DNA of 64,000 nucleotides from Tubiluchus corallicola (Eukaryota; Animalia; Priapulida), in the NCBI GenBank assembly GCA_030141605.1, contig JAQGDQ010000681.1, positions 1-64,000 on the forward strand, in the 5' to 3' direction. Below the pieces are notes generated by a model. That model was not told the DNA's origin. It did no database searches and saw only the letters and a list, made by a program, of their open reading frames with translations. Below, piece by piece: positions 58,201-64,000 of this stretch. Position 1 is the first letter of the stretch. Each line of letters begins with the position of its first letter. The translations under genes and the position numbers were made by a program.

Positions 58201-58747
58201 CAAGACAATTTCCTTTTGTGAAAGTAACTATGTTGTTTGTTTTGCATTAAATCACGGATAAATAAGCAGGAATAATAAATTGCATAAATAATGTGCAAAA
58301 GCAACGCAACAATGGTAACAGTGCTAAAAACAACGACAACAACATCAACAATGACAATAACAACAACGGTTTAGGAAATAGTGATGGCAACGACAATTGT
58401 GGCAACAGATACAGCAGCAGCAACACTGTTGGTGACAATGACAGCAACAGTAAATACAACAACAGCAGTAAAAACACTGTCACAATAAGAGTGCAATCAT
58501 CAGCATACATCATATGATTCAGGTTCTTACCAGGTTTTATGTGCTGCCATTCCTCAGTTGGATGAAAAATGTCAGTCGCGTCCGCATCATCATCTTCATC
58601 GCTCTCCACATCGACACTAGCCTCGTCGTTGTCACCATCAGCTTCAACTACGGTGAGAGCGTTCTGTCGTTGCACCATGACAGAAGCGCCTTGTTTCTCA
58701 GAACTTGCACAGACACAAAAAAGCAGAAAAATGGCAAACTTATACAT
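41687..58747 (-). CDS. SIL1: Nucleotide exchange factor SIL1 (BiP/HSPA5 co-chaperone), 8 exons, about 446 aa
   Basis: Exons (minus strand, GT-AG, phases consistent): 58531-58747, 55523-55701, 53929-54105, 52429-52550, 50995-51169, 49403-49566, 48045-48198, 41687-41839 (1341 nt). Signal peptide; [35 protein letters not shown]; [15 protein letters not shown]; [16 protein letters not shown]; [14 protein letters not shown]; GWC; C-terminal NDEL ER-retention motif. Confidence 0.93.
42690..43180 (-). mobile_element. 5S rRNA-derived SINE-like element (SINE3 type): 5S head 43084-43180 plus GC-rich body
   Basis: Minus strand ctacggccatatcacgttgatcaccgaagttaagcaac..ggttagtacttggatgggtgaccgcctaggaatatcaggtgctgtaggc matches 5S rRNA with an internal deletion of about 20 nt; no oligo-T terminator; runs into about 400 bp of GC-rich sequence. 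Confidence 0.75.
44235..45185 (+). CDS. SELENOL: Selenoprotein L (thioredoxin/AhpC-like fold, UxxU motif), intronless CDS, 316 aa
   Basis: ORFs 44235-44744 and 44784-45185 are in the same frame, joined through TGA 44742-44744 and TGA 44751-44753: [16 protein letters not shown]; downstream [47 protein letters not shown] is PRXL2/SelL-like; SECIS downstream. Confidence 0.92.
45215..46160. mobile_element. Non-autonomous hAT-like element inserted in the SELENOL 3' UTR
   Basis: TIR taggggtgagcat / atgctcacccta; perfect 8-bp TSD gttaactt at 45207-45214 and 46161-46168. Confidence 0.88.
45438..45991. repeat. Nested inverted repeat of about 158 bp (45438-45595 / 45832-45991), Penelope pLTR-like
   Basis: Arms are imperfect reverse complements; minus arm contains tTGATAGtggcttcagtagccGAAACgatc, a decayed hammerhead-like motif. 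Confidence 0.7.
46175..46251 (+). promoter_or_regulatory. Eukaryotic SECIS element (form 2) of SELENOL
   Basis: Helix I gtgattt(c)aaaca / tgtttaaatcac; core ATGAA (46192-46196) / GGAG (46231-46234); 11-position helix II cgcgattggtt / aaccttttgcg with two U.U mismatches; apical AAA (46208-46210) plus mini-stem tgg-att-cca. Confidence 0.88.
46957..47456. mobile_element. Tc1/pogo-type MITE
   Basis: TA-cagtcaacctcgggtacaagg ... ccttatacccgaggttgactg-TA. Confidence 0.9.
49620..49870 (-). mobile_element. Small LINE RT fragment
   Basis: Minus strand [19 protein letters not shown]. Confidence 0.5.
51311..51597. repeat. Degenerate (TAACCC)n telomere-like hexamer tract in a SIL1 intron
   Basis: ccctaa / cttaac / attcta variants with 6-nt period. 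Confidence 0.85.
51800..52237. mobile_element. Tc1/mariner-type MITE
   Basis: TA-ccgtattttcccgtgtataagagaccc ... gggtctcttatacacgggaaaatacgg-TA, perfect 27-bp TIR. Confidence 0.92.
53263..53800. repeat. (AAC/AGC/ACC)n compound trinucleotide low-complexity tract
   Basis: Intronic; gives spurious poly-T/A/N and poly-L/V ORFs. Confidence 0.9.
55720..56270 (-). mobile_element. L2-type LINE 3' end
   Basis: [24 protein letters not shown] motif; terminal hairpin gaggagg..cctcctc and AATAAA. Confidence 0.65.
56485..56990. repeat. Repeat of about 112 bp, three copies here and one at 63870-64000
   Basis: gtataggtaccgtgg.actgcagc.ccccct.ttttcactcattaat..aatataataagtctttttctttag. Confidence 0.75.
57726..58060 (-). 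mobile_element. Solo LTR (335 bp) in SIL1 intron 1
   Basis: TGTTGTG...CACAACA inverted termini; perfect 5-bp TSD gctgg (57721-57725, 58061-58065); TATA (ctatataag) and AATAAA on the minus strand. Confidence 0.85.
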
Positions 58748-58854
58748 CGTGAGTACTCAGTAAGAGATACCGTCACTTTAAATGTTTGAAATTGGATCTT
58801 TAAGTGTTTGTGATGTGTTAGCACGACTGAGACTTATTAATGCACATGATAATG

Positions 58855-59073
58855 TCATTGCCAGAAAAGAATGCTAGCTGCCATTAAGACACAACATGCG
58901 GCAACATAGGGACTCTTTCGTTCGCCTATTCTGGCACACTTCCAGAATATCCCGAGAAAACCCTCTTTGTTTCGGTCCAGAAAGCTCGGCGCCAGCGCAC
59001 GCACGTAAGCACAGGTACAAATCAGTAGTAAAATAACAGTCAGTAGGCTCTGAAAATTGAATAGTGCAGACAT
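58855..59073 (-). CDS. TMEM167A: Protein kish-A (TMEM167A), intronless, 72 aa
   Basis: [55 protein letters not shown] is the highly conserved kish sequence. Confidence 0.97.
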   Translation of the reverse strand: MSALFNFQSLLTVILLLICTCAYVRALAPSFLDRNKEGFLGIFWKCARIGERKSPYVAACCVLMAASILFWQ

Positions 59074-59399
59074 GCTTGATGAAAACTTAAATCACCACAA
59101 TGGTGTTGCGTTGACATTTGCCATGTCAAAGAAATACTGTCTTGATCTACGACGACACCTGCAAAAGCAAACTTGAATAATTATCAGGATGATTCACAAA
59201 AACGTATTATCCTTTTTTATAGCTTAGTTCAGTTTACAGTGTTCCCTCACTTATCGCGGGTGTTGTTTGGGGGTGTGTTGGGGGTGGGGTTTTTGTGTGT
59301 TGTGTTTTTTGTTTTGTGTGTTGTTGTTTGGGTTTTGGTGTTGTTTTTTTTTTTGTTGTTGTTTGTGTTTTTTGGGGTGTATTAATGATTTAAATAATG

Positions 59400-59980
59400 T
59401 GTCATAAGTTAGAACACTTATGAGGGATCAGTATTATGGAACTCTCTACCTACTCATATAACTTCTTTACCTCTGCATTCGCTAAAAAAACAGTACGCTA
59501 AGGCACTTCTTGAAACTTACAAATAAATCAGTTTTTTTTTGTCTGTTAGATGTACATTCTTATGGTAACTTTTGCTTAAAAACATTTTTTATGAGGTGCA
59601 AACTCACTTTTTTGCTGTTGTATTTTTGTTTTTTGTATTTCTGTACGTTTATGTATTTATTAGATGTATTTATCAGAAACAATTGTAAGGTATTTTGCTT
59701 AGTAGTTCGTAAATTTGTCATGGTTTTTGATTTTTGTCTTTTGCTGTTGTATTTTTGTTTTTGTATTTCTGCACGTTTATGTATTTTTTAATATAGCTGT
59801 GTCTACTGTCCTTAGCGTCTTTTTGTTTACTGTCCTTTGAGAAGGGTGGTTGACTCGATAACCTTTGGTTTTTCGCCACCCTTTCTCCTATGTTTGTTTG
59901 TATTTTTGTGTATTTTATTGTCAAATTATTGTATATGGAGGAAAATAAATTACTATTATTACTATTAGTATTATTGTTAT
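59400..59980 (+). mobile_element. L2-type LINE 3' end
   Basis: GSVLWNSLPTHI motif; hairpin gagaagggtgg..ccaccctttctc; AATAAA and (tta)n tail. Confidence 0.6.
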
Positions 59981-60533
59981 GTAGCTCTTGCGGATTTTCC
60001 GCTGTCCAAAATCGTAATAAATTATTAACACGAAATACACGCTATGTTATCTTTTTGATCGTGTAACTGAAAAGTTAGAAAATGTCATCTTGTTACAAAA
60101 AACGATCTCGAAAATTAATGTAAAATACTATGATACGTTACAAACTGAAATTGACAGGAAAGCAAGTTTGCGATAATAACACGTGTAATAACAAACAGCA
60201 ACACAGCGACATCTTTTGCCAACCAATAACTTTTATTCGAAAATTTGTTGTGCATGTTTATTCACGAGTAAAACGTATCAAAAATATAATTGCGCAAACA
60301 AATAAACTACCTAGCTTTATTAATAATTCATTTCCTATGATACGGTTTTGTAAACGAAAATCTAATTATTGGATAAAATATATTTTTCATTTACTGCCCT
60401 GGTGTTGAAATACAAAACTATTGCGTTCATATGCACTATACAGTACTGTATGTAGTGTACTAAGTCCATTTCGCGTACTGTATAACAGTAAATTTTTAGT
60501 TAGGCATTTTTATAACATTTATGTAACATTTGT

Positions 60534-60774
60534 ATGGCTATGTATAGTCGCAGTCAACAACGTGCCTACTTTTTTGTGATAATATTGTTTAGTTTAGCTT
60601 CTGCAGCTCTCATTGCAACATCGGTTGGTACAGAAAGTTGGTTACAGTCTACACTTAATAGGACCGGTGCTGAAGGCGAAGATGGAATGATGTCAAAAGT
60701 CAATTTAGGCGTTTTTCTGGGAAACGGCAGCTTCCACAGAGGCGTACTTGGCTGGGATAACCAAGAATTTCGTG
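60534..60774 (+). CDS. Exon 1 of a clarin-like tetraspan membrane protein; remaining exons not seen, probably beyond the window
   Basis: Short N-terminus, TM helix, SVGTESW, then VNLGVFLG (clarin GT..W and GLF.G pattern); strong donor G|GTATGT at 60774/60775. Confidence 0.7.
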
Positions 60775-61089
60775 GTATGTTTACAGTTTTTATAGTACCT
60801 TACATCACGTCGCGTTCTGACGATTTCAGTATTAAATTTTGTATTATTAAAGTTTGAACTTTTTTATAAAACAGTGTTGCACCCGATAACGATGATCATA
60901 CAAATGCTAAATTAATTAAATTTGAAAGCAAACTCCTCGATAATGTGTGCACTTTCATATTCGTCTGAAGGGCGCATTTTATAACATACCACAGGGAGTT
61001 ACTGAAAGCAGCTTTCATATAAGTGCCACATAACGAACAGGTACAAGATATTACACAACAAGCAGTTGCGCAACCTGCTTGAATTGAAG

Positions 61090-61390
61090 AGCTATGTAAT
61101 TAATAATGGCCACGTAGAAACTAAGTTAATAAAAAATAATAATGTTTCTAATACACCACAAGTAATTGTTTAATCTGCTCATTACATAATAAGCAAGAGC
61201 TGTGCAAATACATGTAATTAATAATGACCACGTAGAAACTAGGTTAATAGTGTTTCTAATACACCACAAGTAATTGTTTAATCTGCTTATTACATAACAA
61301 GCAAGCGTTATGCACATACATGTAATTAATAATGACCACGTAGAAACTTGGTTAATAGTTTTTCTAATACACTACAAGTAATTGTTTGAT
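61090..61390. repeat. Degenerate tandem repeat of about 110-120 bp, 3 copies
   Basis: atgtaattaataatgaccacgtagaaact..gttaat..tttctaatacaccacaagtaattgttt recurs. Confidence 0.7.
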
Positions 61391-62969
61391 CCACTCGATA
61401 CATAACCAACCATAAATTCACAATAAAGATTGACGGGACTGAACTATCGGCCTAGGGAGTCTTAAAGCATTGATACGCCGCTGATTATAGATGTGGACTA
61501 CAGGTAGCTTTCTAAACTCTGTGGACTTCATAAAGGAAAACTGTATGATTGTTTAGACTCGATCTCATTTTAATTTACTCTACAAAATTTACGCTTTTTG
61601 CATATGAAAGTTAGCAAATGTTTCTTATATTTGAACAATTAGCTTAGAAAGCTAGTTAACGGCAACTAAATGCAGCTATTGCTTACGTCAGAAACTAACC
61701 ACAGTTTGTGCAATTTCTGGCATCTTCCCTTGCGCATCAAGCACGTTTGCGTAAGTGTTACTGTTTAAACGCATGATGTCATTACACTAGGCTCTACATC
61801 ATATGACGTTAGAAACTAACACTGCAGTTCATGATCATGGTTATCACGGTACCGCCTTCTATTTGTCGGACACGTGAATGTGTAGTTTTCAATATTATAG
61901 AGCATTCTTTGTCGAAACTAGTGTTTGCGCAATCATCCGGTTTTGTTTTAAGCTTTGAAGATTACTCCAAAACCTGTAAAATTATGCTTCATTACAGTTG
62001 TGTGTGGGCAAGGCTGGTGTATGTATAGCAGTGCTGAAAGTAAGGACGGACGTAAGCAAGAACTGGATGATGAGATTCTCAAATACGAGAACAACACCGA
62101 TTCTGGTACGTACTGGGGCAAGCATTTGTACCTGAACTGCAAAACATTGCATTTCATATCGAGATAACCACACAGCAAGTGGTGCATCGTGTTCCAGGCG
62201 TGCCACCAGATGTCGCATCAGTCATTTCAATATGGCATGTAGACCGAGTGTAATGGGTGACGTCAGAACAATGGCTTTGCGTCAGCAGTTTTCCAAGTGA
62301 AAATTGCCAAAAATAGAACATCTAATTAATTCCTCACTACTACTCTTGGTGGATGTGTACTAAAATATAGCCCACATCATCGTGCAGCCCTGTTCCTCTT
62401 TCTAAAGAGCTATATATCTTTTTCCGAGAATCCCACCAGGCGCCGCTAGAACGTTTTTTCTATAGGCTGTTTGACCAAAATTTCCAAAAAAATCCGGAGT
62501 TTCAAGCTGAAAAGTCAAATCGACTTCGGCCACATTTTCCGGGCATAATTCTGAATAAAATAAACTGATATTCTGACAGCGTACTGGTGGCGACGCCTGT
62601 CAACCAAATCGCAAAACTTTGCCAGAATATGACACGGCTAATAAGTCGAACAAGCGTCAAGAAGAATGCTGCTTGTTAAACCACCTTCAAAACTTACTGC
62701 AAAACGGGCCATACCATTGATATTTTGAAGGAATTTTCCGAACAGGTTATGCCTCCAATGTGCTCAAATTCTATTTCCTTGTATTCAGATTGCGTCAAAA
62801 TCACATTTAAACGTAACTTTTACGACATCGGCGGGTTAGACTCAATTTGAGAAGTGAGAGAATGCGACCTTCTACGCAAATTTTTATGACGCTCCGGAGG
62901 GCCATATGGCTGGTTTACTGGCAAGTGGAAAACAATGCAGCCACATGCGTCACGTTATCTCGATATGTA

Positions 62970-63503
62970 TCTATCTTGCTTGAACAATTGTATTGGCAAG
63001 CGTTTGTACCTGAACTGCAAAACATTGGATTTATCTACCTTGCTTGAACAATTGTATTGGCAAGCGTTTGTACCTGAACTGCAAAACATTGGATTTATCT
63101 ACCTTGCTTGAACAATTGTATTGGCAAGCGTTTGTACCTGAACTGCAAAACATTGCATTTATCTATCTTGCTTGAACAATTGTATTGGCAAGCGTTTGTA
63201 CCTGAACTGCAAAACATTGCATTTATCTTTCTTGCTTGAACAATTGTATTGGCAAGCATTTGTACCTGAACTGCAAAACATTGCATTTATCTGTCTTGCT
63301 TGAACAATTGTATTGGCAAGCGTTTGTACCTGAACTGCAAAACATTGCATTTATCTTTCTTGCTTGAACAATTGTATTGGCAAGCGTTTGTACCTGAACT
63401 GCAAAACATTGCATTTATCTTTCTTGCTTGAACAATTGTATTGGCAAGCATTTGTACCTGAACTGCAAAACATTGCATTTATCTGTCTTGCTTGAACAAT
63501 TGT
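62970..63503. repeat. 64-bp minisatellite, about 8 copies; partial monomer at 62116-62160
   Basis: Unit cttgcttgaacaattgtattggcaagcgtttgtacctgaactgcaaaacattgcatttatctat. Confidence 0.95.
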
Positions 63504-64000
63504 GTTAAGGAGAGCCGACGTTTAAACATGTACAGGGGAAAATGTAGTTATATTACTTAGCATTAAGTTTACTTACTTGATAGGTCTGTAACTAGGAAAC
63601 AAAATGTCTAGTACAGTAAGACCTCGCTTAACGATGTTAATGCATTTCAGCAAAACGCATTAACGACGCTTACCACAGCAAAACGTCATTAAACAAAACT
63701 TCCATAGAAGTAATGTAAGAGAGCTGAGATTCATTCCAGAGGTAAAAATCAATGCTGCTTAAATCGTACAAATTAAACGTTTTATGAGTTTTTTATTGTT
63801 TCTACTGATTAATTTGTTTCTGCTCGCTTGAAACCACGTATCAGAAATGCATTGCACAGTGGCGACTCATGTATACATACTGCGGTACTGCAGCACCCCC
63901 TGTTTTCACTCATTATTGTCGATTATATTCAATATAATAAGCCTTTTTCTTTAGCTCTTTCTTTATACTTGTACGGAACCCATGTGTATAGGTACCAATA

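Overview
AT-rich, intron-containing animal genomic DNA, probably a marine invertebrate (an ascidian is plausible from the SelL gene and an operon-like gene pair, but this is inference). Genes reconstructed by hand: an intronless orphan secreted protein (356-1063,+); a frameshifted BTB-BACK gene with a MATH-like C-terminus plus two decayed partial copies (3036-6391,+); a 14-exon TTLL4-derived ATP-grasp ligase (12570-32189,+) that appears to begin with a signal peptide and has altered glutamate-recognition motifs; an 8-exon SIL1 (58747-41687,-); an intronless selenoprotein L with a UxxU motif (44235-45185,+) nested antisense in the last SIL1 intron, whose SECIS has been displaced about 950 bp by a hAT-type insertion; an intronless kish/TMEM167A (59073-58855,-) only 107 bp upstream of the SIL1 ATG; and exon 1 of a clarin-like gene (60534-60774,+). 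The rest is MITEs, L2/CR1-type LINE pieces, Penelope relics with minimal hammerhead motifs, a 5S-derived SINE-like element, a solo LTR and many minisatellites. Family assignments come from recalled motifs, not database searches.
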